A stretch of 64,000 bases of DNA. Origin: Octopus vulgaris. Lineage: Eukaryota. A program made the translations under genes and the position numbers. The notes below the pieces were generated by a model, which was given only the letters and a program-made list of their open reading frames with translations, ran no database searches and was not told where the DNA came from. Shown piece after piece: positions 1-12,898 of this stretch (its first letter is position 1; each line of letters begins with the position of its first letter). Location of the stretch: assembly GCA_951406725.2 (NCBI GenBank), contig OX597817.1, positions 53,940,001-54,004,000 of the forward strand. Reading direction: 5' to 3'.

Positions 1-12
1 TGAATCAGCCTG

Positions 13-199
<187 letters not shown>

Positions 200-432
200 A
201 AGGCGGTGAGCTGGCAGAAACGTTAGCACGCCGGGCGAAATGTGTAGCTGTATTTCGTTTGCCGTTATGTTCTGAGTTCAAATTCCACCGAGGTCGACTT
301 TGCCTTTCATCCTTTCGGGGTCGATAAATTAAGTACTAGTTACGCACTGGGGTCGATATAATCGACTTAATCCGTTTGTCTGTCCTTGTTTATCCCCTCT
401 GTATTTAGCTCCTTGTGGGTAGTAAAGAAATA
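200..432 (+). mobile_element. SINE family A (tRNA-like head, Deu/Nin-like core)
   Basis: AAGGCGGTGAGCTGGCAGAA head, B-box GAGTTCAAATTCC, core GTCGACTTTGCCTTTCATCCTTTCGGGGTCGATAAATTAAGTAC; recurs more than 15 times in the window. Confidence 0.9.
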
Positions 433-457
433 TATATTTATATGCGTGTGCACAATA

Positions 458-501
<44 letters not shown>

Positions 502-1239
502 TCTACTTGTTTCAGTCATTTGACTGCCCCAAACAGGTATTTATCTGTGGCCCTCTTTCTGTTTCCTTCAGTGGGTGGGTAGCTATGTTAGTTATGAAGG
601 ATGTTGGCCATGGTGGTGGAACTGGGGTAACAGTGTATGGTTACAGTAGTGATGGTTGTTGTTGTTTGTTGTTGTTGTTGTTGTGGTGGTGGTGGTGGTG
701 GTGTGTGGATGTGCATGGAAAAGTTTGTAAGAATCACAAACAGTGAAAGCGTGTAAAGAGCGAAAGAGCAGAGCTGAAACGGAGAGGGCTGTTGTCATAG
801 AGTAATGTGACTTTGGAGGGCATTGTTCATGGAATGCAAACGATGTGAAGCACAAAAGATTACCTAACTAGAGCTGAAGGTGTGTGTGTGTGTATAGGTG
901 TGTGTGTGTGTGTGTATAGGACTGTGCGTGTGTCTATAGGTGTGTATGTGAATAGAGGTTAAAAGTAGGTGTACAGATATGTGTGTGTGTGTGGGTATGT
1001 GTGTGTTTGTGTAGGTATGAAAGCATGTGTGTGGGCGTGTGTGTTTGTGTAAACATGTGTATGTATGTGTGTATGTACATATTTATGTATGTGTGTACAT
1101 GTATATGTATAAATGGGTGAGTATATATATATGTTGACGTAGGTAAGTATATTTATAGTTGTGTGTGTATGTTTGTATACATACATAACACTCACACATA
1201 CACACACATATATAATTATTCCTAGATATATACAATATC

Positions 1240-1621
1240 GTGGCACCCCATTGCTTATGACAACGAGGGTTCCAGTTGATCCAATCAATGGAACAGTCTG
1301 CTCGGGAAATTAACATGCAAGTGGCTGAGTACTCCACAGACACATGCACCCTTAACGTAGTTCTCGCGGCGATTCAGTGTGACACAGAGTGTGACAAGGC
1401 TGGCCCCTTTGAAATACAGGTACAACGGAAACAGGAAGAAACAGTGAGAGAAAGTTGTAGGGAAAGAGTACGGCGGGGTTCGCCAACACCCACTGCTGGA
1501 GCCTCATGGAGCGTTAGGTGTTTTCACTCAATAAACATTCACAATGCCCGGTCTGGAATCGAAACTGCAATCCTACGACCGCAGGTCCGCTGCCCTAACC
1601 ACTGAGCCATTGTGCCTCCAC
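1240..1621 (-). mobile_element. SINE family C (tRNA-derived), full length
   Basis: Minus-strand head GTGGAGGCACAATGGCTCAGTGGTTAGGGCAGCGG with A/B boxes; flanking near-duplication gatatatacaat/gatctatacaat; homologous to 63245-63623. Confidence 0.9.
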
Positions 1622-1962
1622 TGATCTATACAATGAGATACACGTGTATCTATCTATCTGTTTATTTATATATATAAGTATATAGCGTTATATGTAAATC
1701 TAAATATAGGCTAAAAATTAAATATTTGATTGATTAATTAATTAATTAGTGTATTTAATCGTTAAGGGTGAAACTTTGAATTACAGGAATGACTAATCAT
1801 TTTTGAATTCTCTCAAATTGTCCTGCCTGCCTACATTCAATGTGCTAAAATAAGAATAGTTTTTATCATAGTTTAGGATTTAACTCTTATTTCTAGCATG
1901 AAGGATTTAGTGGCTTTTCCCTTTATGTATAATTTTTATACATACATATAAGACTTTATATG

Positions 1963-2024
<62 letters not shown>

Positions 2025-2025
<1 letters not shown>

Positions 2026-2390
2026 ATACGAGCAAAACGCCCCCCCCCCCGTCCAATGGACGGTGCTGAGTTGTCAAACATTTAAACCAAATTTTCTCAA
2101 AACAACTTGTCCGACCGTCCCATAGGCCTCTCCTTTGAGAAACACTGATTTAACTTAAATTTGAGACACTAGCAAAAGAAAAAATAAAGATAGACTTTAT
2201 TTCTATTCCAAAGAATGCTTTATCGATTGCATTCTCACCTGGAATCGATGTTTGTAATTTTTTCAAGACTTGTACACGCCCTGATACAGTCGGTATCTAC
2301 AATTCAAATCTGAGTGCAATCAGATGGAGGATGCCTGAGATCCTAGAGACACACAGACAGACAGAAAGAACGAATTTTATATAATATTTA
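2025..2390 (-). mobile_element. Non-autonomous Helitron-like repeat
   Basis: About 170 bp shared in inverted orientation with 35150-35320 (tctgtctgtctgtg...ggcatcctccatc.gattgc.ctca...gattccaggtgagaatgc.atcgataaa); class assignment is inference from end style. Confidence 0.5.
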
Positions 2391-2412
2391 TGTGTGTGTG
2401 TGTGTGTGTGTG

Positions 2413-2665
2413 TATCACCTTGATCTCCTTGACCGACCAGTCCGTCAGGCATCCATTTGACACCGCTGGTCACAGCATGCTGTCCACTCCTCTCTGGATC
2501 ACGCCTTTCTCATGCACGTGATCCCAATCGTCCTCCTGAAATCGTAACTCCACCGTCGTGGAGGCCTTCCGGGTGGTCGTTTCTGCTCGCATGGGTACCA
2601 CTCGACAACTGCGTGGCTCCACCGATTATCGGTGAGCCGGGCTACGTGTCTAGCCCATCTAAAAT
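2413..2665 (-). mobile_element. RTE-clade LINE 3' fragment
   Basis: Translation RWARHVARLTDNRWSHAVVEWYPCEQKRPPGRPPRRW matches the RTE ORF C-terminal motif (RWAGHVAR...W.P...RP.GRP..RW). Confidence 0.85.
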
Positions 2666-2671
2666 GGAAGA

Positions 2672-2718
<47 letters not shown>

Positions 2719-2739
2719 TAACGAAGATGATATATATGT

Positions 2740-2867
2740 GAAGCCAAGAGCTGGACCAGGCTCCAATGTGGAGCCTGGTGCAGTCACTGGCTTACCAGAC
2801 CTCAGTCAAACCGTCCAACCCATGCCAGCATGGAAAACAGATGTTAAACGACGATGATGATGATGAT
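2740..2867 (+). mobile_element. SINE family D 3' part with (GAT)n tail
   Basis: GGAGCCTGGTGCAG...CCAACCCATGCCAGCATGGAAA..GATGTTAAACGACGATGATG. Confidence 0.85.
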
Positions 2868-3189
2868 ACATCTAAAAGGAGTCACCAAATCAAGGTGGTA
2901 GTTGACTGTTACTACTAGTTTAACCCCAGGCGGATTCTCCACCAACTGGTTATCGGAGCAATGCTCTGCACCCTTTATATACAATACATCGCACACAGGG
3001 GTAGCGAACCCCTATTACTCTCCAGCAGCTAACAGGATTGTGAGACTGATTCAGTTTCAAGCTATTTGGCTCATCCTCAGCCACAAGCACCTGATCACTG
3101 GAGTGAGGGCTAAGATCTGCTACTGCCAACGACATATTCTAAACAAATCATATATATATTCTTTTTTTATATTCCATTTTTTAAAAATT

Positions 3190-3586
3190 TATTTGTTTAA
3201 GTTTTTGACTATGGCCATGCTGGATTGAAGAAATCAATCCCAGGACTTATTCTTTGTAAGCTTGGTACTTATTTTATCGGTCTCTTTTGCAGAACCACTA
3301 AGTTACAGAAACGCAAACATATCAGCATTGGTTGTCAAGCAATGGTGTCTATGTGTGTGTGTGGACAAACACAAACACAAATATATACATGTATACACAC
3401 ACACACACACACATATTATATATATGAAAGGCTTCTTTCAGTTCCCATTTAACAAATCCACTCACAAGGCTTTGGTCAGCCCAAGGCTATAGTAGAAGAC
3501 ACTTGCCCAAAGTACCATACAGTGGGACTGAACCCAGAACCATGTGGTTGGGAAGCAAGCTTTTAACCACACAGCCATCCCTGCAC

Positions 3587-3589
<3 letters not shown>
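3190..3589 (-). mobile_element. SINE family B (tRNA-like head, internal microsatellite), CpG-eroded
   Basis: Homologous to 28042-28455 with many CpG to TpG/CpA changes. Confidence 0.88.
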
Positions 3590-3621
<32 letters not shown>

Positions 3622-3814
3622 TACATGTGTGTGTGTTTGTGTACATCCACTACACACACACACACATACAGCATGCAGTGGGTTTCTGGGTACTTGTGAA
3701 TAAATTTCCGTTGGCCATTAACAGGAGACAATCAAACACACTATGCAACATGTTTAACTTCCTGCCATGTTGATGCCAGTCAAAGAGATCTTCAGGTGCA
3801 TTCGCTGCATCACC

Positions 3815-4014
3815 AGGATGGGAAACATTACATTCTATTTGTGGGTGTAGCCACCGACCACAGCATCTCTGAAATCTCCAGTTTGTTGAATGTAATTAGA
3901 CCCTTTGTATTGAAGGCCAGAAGTCTCTAATAGGAATGTGTCATCTGAGACCAAGAGAAGAATATATTCTAAGCAGTCAGACATTATCAGAATTGCTGGA
4001 TCCACCCAGCATGT
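3815..4014 (+). pseudogene. Decayed Tc1/mariner-type transposase N-terminus
   Basis: Frames read DHSISEISSLLNVIRPFVLKAR and NVSSETKRRIYSKQSDIIR, resembling the HTH region of Tc1-like transposases; frameshifted. Confidence 0.45.
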
Positions 4015-4462
4015 TTAACCCTTGGCATCCGTGCTAATGGAGCGCTAAGAGTACCATACGAGCATGATCGTTGCCAGAGCAACAAGCTGGCCTCTGTGCC
4101 GGTGGCACGTAAAAAGCACCATTCGAGCGTGATCGTTACCTGCGTCGCCTTACTGGCACTTGTGCTGGTGGCATGTGAAAAAACATTCGAGCGAGGTCGT
4201 TGCCAGTGCCACTGGACTGGCTCCTGTGCAGGTGGCACATAAAAAGCACCATTTGAGCATGGCCGTTGCCAGTACCGCCTGACTGGCCCTCATGCCGGCG
4301 GCATGTAAAAGCACCCACTACACTCTCGGAGTGGTTGGCATTAGGAAGGGTATCCCACTGTAGAAACTCTGCCAGATCAGATTGGAGTCTGGTGCAGCCA
4401 TCTGGTTCGCCAGACCTCAGTCAAATTGTCCAGCCCATGCTAGCATGGAAAGCGGACGTTAA

Positions 4463-4506
<44 letters not shown>

Positions 4507-4695
4507 ACCAATCCAGCTGAAACCGCCTCTGGTTCTGTTGTACAAATGTCTTGTTTCCAAACCTTAGTCACAATTTACGTTCCCAACACTAGCTTAATGA
4601 TAACTAAGTTATTTTACTAAATTCTTTGTTACATTTAAAATTAATTGAAAGAAACACAGAGCATCTCAACAGAAATATGGTAACAAAAGGGTTAA
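4015..4695. mobile_element. TTAA (piggyBac-type) MITE interrupted by SINE D
   Basis: Left end TTAACCCTT at 4015, right end AAAGGGTTAA at 4686-4695; body 4507-4695 homologous to the adjacent intact copy. Confidence 0.65.
4024..4505 (+). mobile_element. SINE family D with internal ~60-bp tandem units
   Basis: Repeated TGGCACGTAAAAAGCACCATTCGAGCG units, then GTTGGCATTAGGAAGGG...CATGGAAAGCGGACGTTAAA(TGA)n. Confidence 0.88.
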
Positions 4696-4718
4696 AATAT
4701 ATAATAGAGAAACAATTC

Positions 4719-4948
4719 TTAACCCTTTCTATACCAACCTGGCTGAAACCACCTCTGCCTCTGTAGTACAAATGTCTTGTTTTCATAAGTTTCGAATTAA
4801 AATCTTCCACCAAACCTTGGTCACAATTTATTTTCCTAACACTAGCTGAATGATAACTAAGTTCATCTACTAAATTATTTGTTATATTTAAAATTAATTG
4901 AAAGAAATACAGAGCATCTCAACAGAAATACGGTAATGAAAGGGTTAA
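4719..4948. mobile_element. TTAA (piggyBac-type) MITE
   Basis: TTAA-CCCTTTC...GAAAGGG-TTAA ends; second copy immediately upstream. Confidence 0.8.
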
Positions 4949-5109
4949 AACATCAACAACAATGCTAGTCAGCTGATGAAGGTCTACACCTAACAGATCA
5001 ATGTGGTGGAGTTCACATTGTTCTCTTGGACCTTTAGTAGTTCTGCATGGTAGAATTAACACCAAGGATTATCTGAGTATTTTGGCCTATATCCACGCTA
5101 TGGTATAAA

Positions 5110-5322
5110 CATTGTTCTTTAATGGTAGAACAAAGCAAAATGCACATTGTGCAAGTCAAGAGCTAACTCTTTGACTTCAGTCCCAGCAGATCACCAGTGT
5201 CTGACTTGTGGCAGAGCCTTCTGAGTGTATATTGGACTGGTTGGCCACAGCTGGACACACCGTGATTCTTTCTTGCATTTCTCATGTGATATCCATGCTC
5301 ACTGTCAACAATGGATGAACTA
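5110..5322 (+). mobile_element. RTE-type LINE extreme 3' end
   Basis: HQCLTCGRAF*VYIGLVGHSWTHR resembles the terminal C2H2-like motif of RTE ORFs, followed by a short UTR. Confidence 0.6.
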
Positions 5323-5492
5323 ATAATATCAACATAAATACACACACACATACGTAAAAATGTGTGCGTTTTCAGGAGTGAATATGCATGTGTATGTGGA
5401 TATAAATAATATATACCACTGTATACACATTTTATTAACATGTGTGTGATATATATATATATATATATATATATACACGTATGTATCCATGA

Positions 5493-5549
<57 letters not shown>

Positions 5550-5564
5550 TACACAATTTCTAGT

Positions 5565-5782
5565 AAGGTGGTGAGCTGGCAGAATCATTGGCATGTTGGA
5601 CAAAATGGTTAGTGGTCTTTTGCCTGCAGCTACATTCCGAGTTCAAATTCTGCCAAGGTCGACTTTGCCTTTCATCCCTTCAGGGTCGATAAATTAAGTA
5701 CCAGAGATATACTGAGCTCCATGTAACTGAATTGTCTCCTCTCACAAAATTTCAGACCTTGTGCTTTTAGTAGAGAAGAAAT
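5565..5782 (+). mobile_element. SINE family A, heavily CpG-eroded
   Basis: Homology to 200-432. Confidence 0.85.
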
Positions 5783-5800
5783 ATATATATATATATATAT

Positions 5801-5831
<31 letters not shown>

Positions 5832-6212
5832 TATGTATATACATATATATAAAAATATAAACATATATAAACATATATATATATATATGAATTTATAAAT
5901 TAAAATTTGAATTAAATCTTGACAATTGCAATGGGTGTGGCTGGTGGTGGTGGTGGTGGTGGTGGTGGTGGTGATGGTGGTGGTGGAGAGAGTGGCAATA
6001 ATGTTTAATGATTGAATCTAATGAGGTTTAAACAGGATTCAACCATGGAGAAATCTTTCCTCTGTTCACTAACGTATTACCTATAGAAAAAAAAAACCCA
6101 CACAAAACATTAACCATTCAAACAAACATTAACGTAGTAACATCTTGCTTTAGGCATTTATTTCTGAAGCACATTCACCACAAAACTCATTTTAAAACAC
6201 AAATACAAACGC

Positions 6213-6240
6213 ATTGTGTGTGTTTGTTTGTGTGTGTGTG

Positions 6241-6288
<48 letters not shown>

Positions 6289-6317
6289 CATATATACACA
6301 TACATATATATACATAT

Positions 6318-6348
<31 letters not shown>

Positions 6349-6770
6349 CATATACATACACTTCCATATACATATACATATATATATACATATATACATA
6401 CAAATATACATATACACATACATATATATACATATACAAATACATATATATATATATATATATACATGCATATATATACATATCTATATATATATACACA
6501 CACACATAAATAGACATACATATATAATATATATAACACACACACATGTATATATAATATAGATAAGAAAAACATATATAAATAAAATATATATGTATTT
6601 TATTTATATATATTATATATATATAAATAAAATATATGTATATTTTATTTATATATTTTTTATTTATATATATTATTTATATATTTTATTTATATATATA
6701 TCATATATACATGTGTGTGTGTGCTATATATTACATATGTATTTCTACTATGTGTGTGTATATGTAATAT
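6213..6770. repeat. Compound TA/TACA/AT-rich microsatellite
   Basis: Low-complexity run. Confidence 0.9.
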
Positions 6771-7141
6771 ACGTTTATTGCTGTATTTCATAAAAATATA
6801 TTTATCAGATAGGAAGGAAGATATCAGTAAGAGATACAAAAAAAAAAACAAGAAAAAAACTAAGTCGTTCTCATTGACTTGCCCCCAACACCACCACAAC
6901 AGCTTGTGAACTAATTTCCAGGAAAGTTTGCCAAAGAAAGAATCTGCGAAATTCAGTAAGAGGGAAACATTTACGACCATTTTAAACATGCAACTCCAAC
7001 CAAGCATCTGCAAAAACAAGTCGTAGATATTTTCATTTCACTGACTTTACGTGATCCATGATAGATTTAAACATCTCACAGGACAGATGCTGAGGCTTAC
7101 TTCTTCTGCGAGTCTGTCTTCATATACATATTTGTACGTGT

Positions 7142-7183
<42 letters not shown>

Positions 7184-7264
7184 TCTCTGCGCTTTCCAAT
7201 TTTGTTTCTTCCTACTGTAATTCCACTTGTCTGAATTAGTAACGATCTTAATATTCCTATATGC

Positions 7265-7453
7265 TTTTCTTATCTAGGCACAAGGCCCGAAATTTTTGGG
7301 GAGGTGGGGGCCAGTCGATTAGATCGACCCCAGTACGCAACTGGTACTTAATTTATCTACCCCGAAAGGATGAAAGACAGAGTCGACCTCAGCGGAATTT
7401 GAACTCAGGATGTAAAGAAAACAGACGAAATACCACTAACCATTTCGCCCGGC
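7265..7453 (-). mobile_element. SINE family A
   Basis: Reverse complement of core and B-box. Confidence 0.85.
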
Positions 7454-7892
7454 TTAATATTCCTACATACATGTAAATATTGTATGTGTGTGTGTGTGTG
7501 TGTACATATATATGTCAAAATAAGCAACAGGATATCCAGAGGTAATGCAGTATGATCGTTTCAAGCAACTCCCTTTAATTGAACAATCCAACCCTTACAT
7601 CAATTTAAATGCAGAGCAATCCTCAGCTGCATAATGACATAGAATTAAATTAAATTAAAACAGATGGACACATTTGTATAATTTTACCTAAATACTCCAA
7701 GAAGGTAAGGAGATGGACAAAAAACATGCTGCCTTCACTTCAGATTAGAAGCTACTAAGGCATCAGGAAAAAAGACTTTTTAGAGATCTAGCCTGTCACT
7801 GTTTTTTGGGGTCAGTTTTAATTTGTAGTCTTGTTAATCAAATCTTTGTATATCAAAATCTAAGGCCAAGGAACAAGGAGCAGTGTCTGTTA

Positions 7893-8526
7893 GGAAAGGT
7901 ATTTCTGCTGCAGCTGTCTAACCAGAAATATAGCATCAGTGGTGCTTTTCCCTGTCACGAACCCAAACTGCATCTCATCTAAACTGACTCTCTCCCTAAT
8001 TAGTTGGGCTATGACCCTCTCCGTGACTGTCATTACCTGATCCAACAGCTTGATACCTCTGTAATTATTTGTATCTAGGGCATCTCCTTTACCTTTGTAG
8101 CAGTTGACTAGTGTGCTGCTACACCAGTCATTGGGTATGACACCTTCATGTATCACCTGGTTAACTATACGGGTGACTAGGTTATAGCCGACACTGCCAG
8201 ATATTTTGAGCATCTCTGCAGTAATTCCTGATGGGCCTGAGGCTTTCCCTGTCGTCATGCTTCTAATTGCCTTAACTACCCAAGAACTGTCAACTCGGAT
8301 AGCTGGTCCCTCTGTTGGGTTGACATTCGGCAGACTCTCTTTCTCTCATTCATTTTCTTTATTGAGCAACCTTTCATAGTGGCGTCTCCGAACCTCTCTC
8401 TTTGCAGCTTCATTTAGTGCAAGTGAACCATCATCCATGCGGACACATTTCTCTCCTACATCACGATTCTCTCTCACACACTGTCTTGCATCACGAAATA
8501 CTTCAAGTCTTTAGTCCTCACGGCGC
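7893..8526 (-). mobile_element. RTE-clade LINE reverse-transcriptase fragment
   Basis: GKASGPSGITAEMLK...IPNDW...CYKGKGD...NNYRGIKLL...QFGF..GKSTTDAIF = N-terminal RT domains; upstream linker continues with frameshifts. Confidence 0.93.
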
Positions 8527-8529
8527 ATG

Positions 8530-8742
8530 GTTGTGTGTCTGTGTTTGTCCCCTCATCATCGCTTCACAACCAATGTCGGTGTGTTTACATCCCCGTAACT
8601 TAGCAGTTCGGAAAAAGAAACTGACGGAATTAAGTACAAGGCTTACAAAGAAAAAGTCCTGGGGTTGATTTGTTCAACTAAAGGCGGTGCTCCAGCATGG
8701 CCGCAGTCAACTGACTGAAACAGCTAAAAGAAAAAAAGAAGA
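8530..8742 (+). mobile_element. SINE family B 3' half
   Basis: ...AAGGCGGTGCTCCAGCATGGCCGCAGTCAACTGACTGAAAC. Confidence 0.85.
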
Positions 8743-8759
8743 CATATAAATGACAATGT

Positions 8760-9195
8760 GTGTTCCAGTGGATCAAATCGATGGAACAACCTACTCATGA
8801 AATTAACATACAAGTGGCTGAGTACTCCACAGACACACGTACCCTTAATATAGTTCTCAGGGAGATACAAAGTGATATAGAATTTACCAAGGTTGGTCCC
8901 TTTGTAATTACAGGTACAATTCTACACTCACGGAGTTGGTGTTAGGAAGGGCATCCAGCTGTAGAAACACTGCCAGATCAGACTGGAGCCTGGTGCGGCC
9001 TCCTGGCTTCCCAGACTCCGGTTGAACCGTCCAACCCATGCTAGCATGGAAAACGGACGTTAAACGATGATGATGATGATGATGATGAATTCATTTTTGC
9101 CAGCTGAGTGGACTGGAGCAACATGAAGTGAAGTCGTCAGGAATCAAACTTATGTCTTGGTAGGTTATGAGTTGAACACCCTAACCACTAAGCTA
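8760..9195 (-). mobile_element. SINE family C variant containing a family D insertion (8925-9088, + strand)
   Basis: Family C sequence resumes after the (GAT)n tail of D. Confidence 0.75.
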
Positions 9196-9694
9196 CACAC
9201 ACACACACACAGACACACGCATGTATAATCTGTGGCCTAATGTATTAATTCACAGCTGTAAATCCTCATCTGTTGATTTGTGTACTTGGCTTTAGAAAAC
9301 TTCCATTTTGCTCACTGAGCTGGTTCCGATCATAATGGCCAGAAATTTGTTCAATATGTTAACTATGAAGAATGAAAAGTCCATTTGTTTGGTTTTGGCA
9401 TCAGGCATTGACAGAGTCTGTAACAGACACCAGGCTACAGTGTTTGTATAACATCACCAATGTTGCAGTGGCGGCATTGATCAGAATTGTAGTTCTTGTG
9501 ACGCATTTTAAAGCAAATGCTATTGTTTTGGTTGTTTTTGTTGAGCAAATAATTGGTTTTGGCATTATTTGTTGATACTGAAGCCTTTCCTCTCTTGCAG
9601 AGAAACTATAAAACTAGTAAGAAATGGTGTGAGATGGAACCTGAAACCACATGGTCCCATGTTCCATCCCACAGCATGGTATTTTGAGCAAGTG

Positions 9695-10098
9695 ACGTAG
9701 GAGTGGCTGTGTAGTAAGTAGCTTGCTTAGGAACCAAATGGTTCTGAGTTCAGTCCCACTGTGTGACACCTTGGGTAAATGTCTTCTACTATAGCCTTGG
9801 GCCGACCAAAGCCTTGTGAGTGGATTTGGTAGATGGAAACTGAAAGAAGCCCGTTGTATATATGTATATGTATGTGTGTGTATATATTTATGTGTCTGTG
9901 TTTGTCCCCCCAACATCGCTTGACAACCGATGCTGGTGTGTTTACATCCTTGTAACTTAGCGGTTCGGCAAAAGAGACTGATAGAATAAGTACTAAGCTT
10001 ACAACAATAAGTCCTGGGGTTGATTTGCTCGACTAAAGGCGGTGCTCCAGCAGGGCCACAGTCACATGACTGAAACAAATAAAAGAGTAAAAGAGTAA
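9695..10098 (+). mobile_element. SINE family B, full length
   Basis: GGAGTGGCTGTGTAGTAAG head, GAGTTCAGTCCC box, (AAAAGAGT)n tail. Confidence 0.9.
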
Positions 10099-10379
10099 GT
10101 GACTTCTACTACAACATTGACTGCAGCCATGCTGGAGCACTGCCTTTAGTCAAACAAATCAACCCCAGGACTTATTCTTTGTAAGACTAGTATTTGTTCC
10201 ATCGGTCTCTTTTGCTGAACAGCTAAGTTACGGGGGATGTAAACACATGAACATCAGTTAGCTCACCAATGCCTTGTGAATGAAATTGGTTGATGGCCAT
10301 GTATGGAAGTCTGTAGTGTGTGTGTGTGTATGTTGAACTGTTAATATTTTTTTCTCTCCATTTTTTTCCCCTCTCAATC

Positions 10380-10415
10380 CTTTCTGTTGAAGAGCACAGG
10401 CTCGAAATGTCAAAG
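10380..10415 (+). ncRNA. Minimal hammerhead-like motif, A6U variant, in a PLE-type short repeat
   Basis: cttt CTGTTGA a GAGC acag GCTC GAA ATGT C aaag; stem I cttt/aaag. Confidence 0.6.
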
Positions 10416-11527
10416 ACTTTCCTATTCTTCCCAAGTGTCAAACTGATACACCTGCTTGTTGTTCCTTCACCTGTCTTCGTTGTTTGTAAATAATGTAAAT
10501 AATGTACATAATTCCTCATGCCTTAAATATAGAACTGTAGGACATAAAATGTTATTTAAAACCCAGTTAAGAGCTAGTAAGTGTCAGGGCATATAGCAGC
10601 AGAAAAAATAATATGCATCGCTCCTTAATAATATGTGTTATTTTAACCCTTGCTAGCATGGAAAACCAGTTGTAAAATGAATGAAGAAATGGCATATATC
10701 CCAGATGTGTTGAGAAAAAGGTAAGCAGTGTGGTTTGCGTTCGTGAAATAAAATGAGCAAAATGACAGATCAACACGTAGACAGACCGTGACAAGTAGAA
10801 CGGGTAAATATAGACAGATCTGTTTGAGATACCTATACTACAGCAACAATATCAACAACATCAATAGTAAATAGATAAAAGCATGTATGAGAAGATTAAC
10901 AATAATCTCAATGGAAATAGATTATTCCATCTGGAATCTTAAAGTCTTAAATACATTGATTTAGCAACGGTGGTAGAGTTAGCTGGTTTGTTACTATAGC
11001 AACGAAATCAGATGAGCCTTATCAGTCACAATAACAACAACACCAACAACAGTACCAATAACAACAACAATGGTGTTTAGTTATCTTAAAAAATTGAACA
11101 AAAAATGTATAAGATGATCATGGCTTGGGGACTTTTGATTGAGGCTGACTCGGGGCTAAATAACAACATTGTGGTGATAAACAACAAACCATAACATTAT
11201 GATCCAATAATCTTAATATAAGGGAACCACCAACATTTAGACAACAACAACAACAACAACAATAAATACGTTTCCAATAATTAGGGAGTCCCCCATAAGA
11301 CAAGTTAAGAAGGGAACTCTCACATAGGCCAAACGAGCCTCTCTTGAGCTAGAGAAAGAGAGAGCCCTAATGAGTCAATGAGCCAAGGCTTTAGGAGTTA
11401 AGAAGCAAATGAAAGGACCTCCATGGGCCAACAAGGGAACTACTATATAGTTGCTGGAACTAGCAGAATCCATCTACCAATTCTAATCATGAAGGATTGG
11501 TTGGCATCATAATCATAAAATTGTGTC

Positions 11528-11785
11528 ATCATCATCACCATCATCGTCGTTGTTTAATGTCCGCCTTCCATGCTAGTATAGGTGGGATGGTTTCACAAAA
11601 GCCAGCCAGGCAGAAGCCTGCACCAGACTTCTGTGGCTGTTTTGGCAGGATTTTTACAGCTGGATGCCCTTCTGAGCACCAACCACTCAGCGATAAATTA
11701 AGTACCAGTTGCATACTGGGGTTGATCTAATTGCCTGGGTCCCCTCCCCCAAAATTTCAGGCCTTGTGCCTAGAGTAGAAAAGGG
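11528..11785. mobile_element. SINE D (-) joined to SINE A 3' part (+)
   Basis: Homology to other copies. Confidence 0.8.
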
Positions 11786-11909
11786 AAGAGGATGAAGTGA
11801 AGAGACTGAGTGAAATGGAATTAGTAGAGTGAGACTGAGTAAAGATTGAGTGTGAGTGGAGTGAAGTTAAGATGATGATGATGATGATGATGATGATGAA
11901 TAAGATGAT

Positions 11910-12097
11910 GCAGGAGGAAAGAGTGAGAGAAAGTTGTGGCAAAAGAGTCAGCAGAAGTTCGCCATTACCTTCTGCCAGAGCTGCGTGGAGTTTAGGTGTT
12001 TCGCTCATAAACACACACATCGCCCGGTCTGAGATTTGAACCCACGATCCCTCGACCACGAGTCCACTGCTCTAACCACTAGGCTATATGCCTCCAC
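11910..12097 (-). mobile_element. SINE family C 5' part
   Basis: Minus head GTGGAGGCATATAGCCTAGTGGTTAGAGCAG...GGGTTCAAATCTC. Confidence 0.85.
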
Positions 12098-12239
12098 CAG
12101 CTACAGAAAGGGTTGGTAATATTTCATCTTTGTTCCTTGCCTTGAGTTACACATACACACACACTTTAATATCTGTATCCCAGCATGGCCACAACTAATT
12201 ATCTGGAACCAGTAAAAGAGAAAAAATACACAGTTAGGG

Positions 12240-12510
12240 GTGTAGTGGGGAGCAGTTTCTACCTGGATGAGAATCAGACTGGCTAATCACTTCTTGTGCC
12301 ATTTTCTGCTAAGAACATAACGAGTGCAACTCCCAGATAATTCATTCCATGACTTTGCCAATGTGTGAAGTCAGAGAGATCAGTCGGTACATTCTAGCAT
12401 CTGTTCTATTCTTCTCTAATGGAAAAATCATGTGGATTCTTTGAAGTTTTGGGGAACATACACCATTTCTAAATAAGCTTTGGAAATGTAATTGAAGTTG
12501 TTCTAGTTGT
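12240..12510 (-). mobile_element. Decayed CR1/L2-like LINE RT fragment
   Basis: Minus frame MYRLISLTSHIGKVME*II resembles NYRPISLTS..K.MERI. Confidence 0.65.
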
Positions 12511-12664
12511 ATTTATCCACAGGTTAACCTTGATCAAGTGGACTTATGATCAAAGACATAAGTCTATCCATATTTTTCAAGAGTGCGTGTAACAGTGTTA
12601 TAGCATAGATTTTGGCTGCCCTGTGAAGTAGCTAAATTGAGTGCCCCACCCCTCCTTAAATGTT

Positions 12665-12898
12665 AAGGCGGCAAGCTGGCAGAAACGTTAGCACGCCGGG
12701 CGAAATGTGTAGCCGTATTTCGTCTGCCGCTACGTTCTGAGTTCAAATTCCACCGAGGGCCGACTTTGCCTTTCATCCTTTCGGGGTCAATAAGTTAAGT
12801 ACCAGTAACGCACTGGGGTTGATGTAATCGATTTAATCCCTTTGTCTGTTCTTCTTTGTCTCCTCTATGTTTAGCTCCTTGTGGGCAATAAAGAAATA
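12665..12898 (+). mobile_element. SINE family A with target-site duplication
   Basis: Flanked by ccctccttaaatgt on both sides. Confidence 0.92.

Noticed and set aside
592-855. His/Thr-rich ORF as a gene
   Set aside because: Largely trinucleotide repeat, no domain, no reliable splice donor
4968-5005. CTGATGA-AGGT-CTAC-ACCT as a hammerhead (likewise CTGATGA at 15214 and 16380)
   Set aside because: No GAAA after a proper stem II
7510-7880. Possible PLE 3' remnant with a split ribozyme
   Set aside because: Core reads CTGATGC with no defined stem II; protein similarity too weak to call
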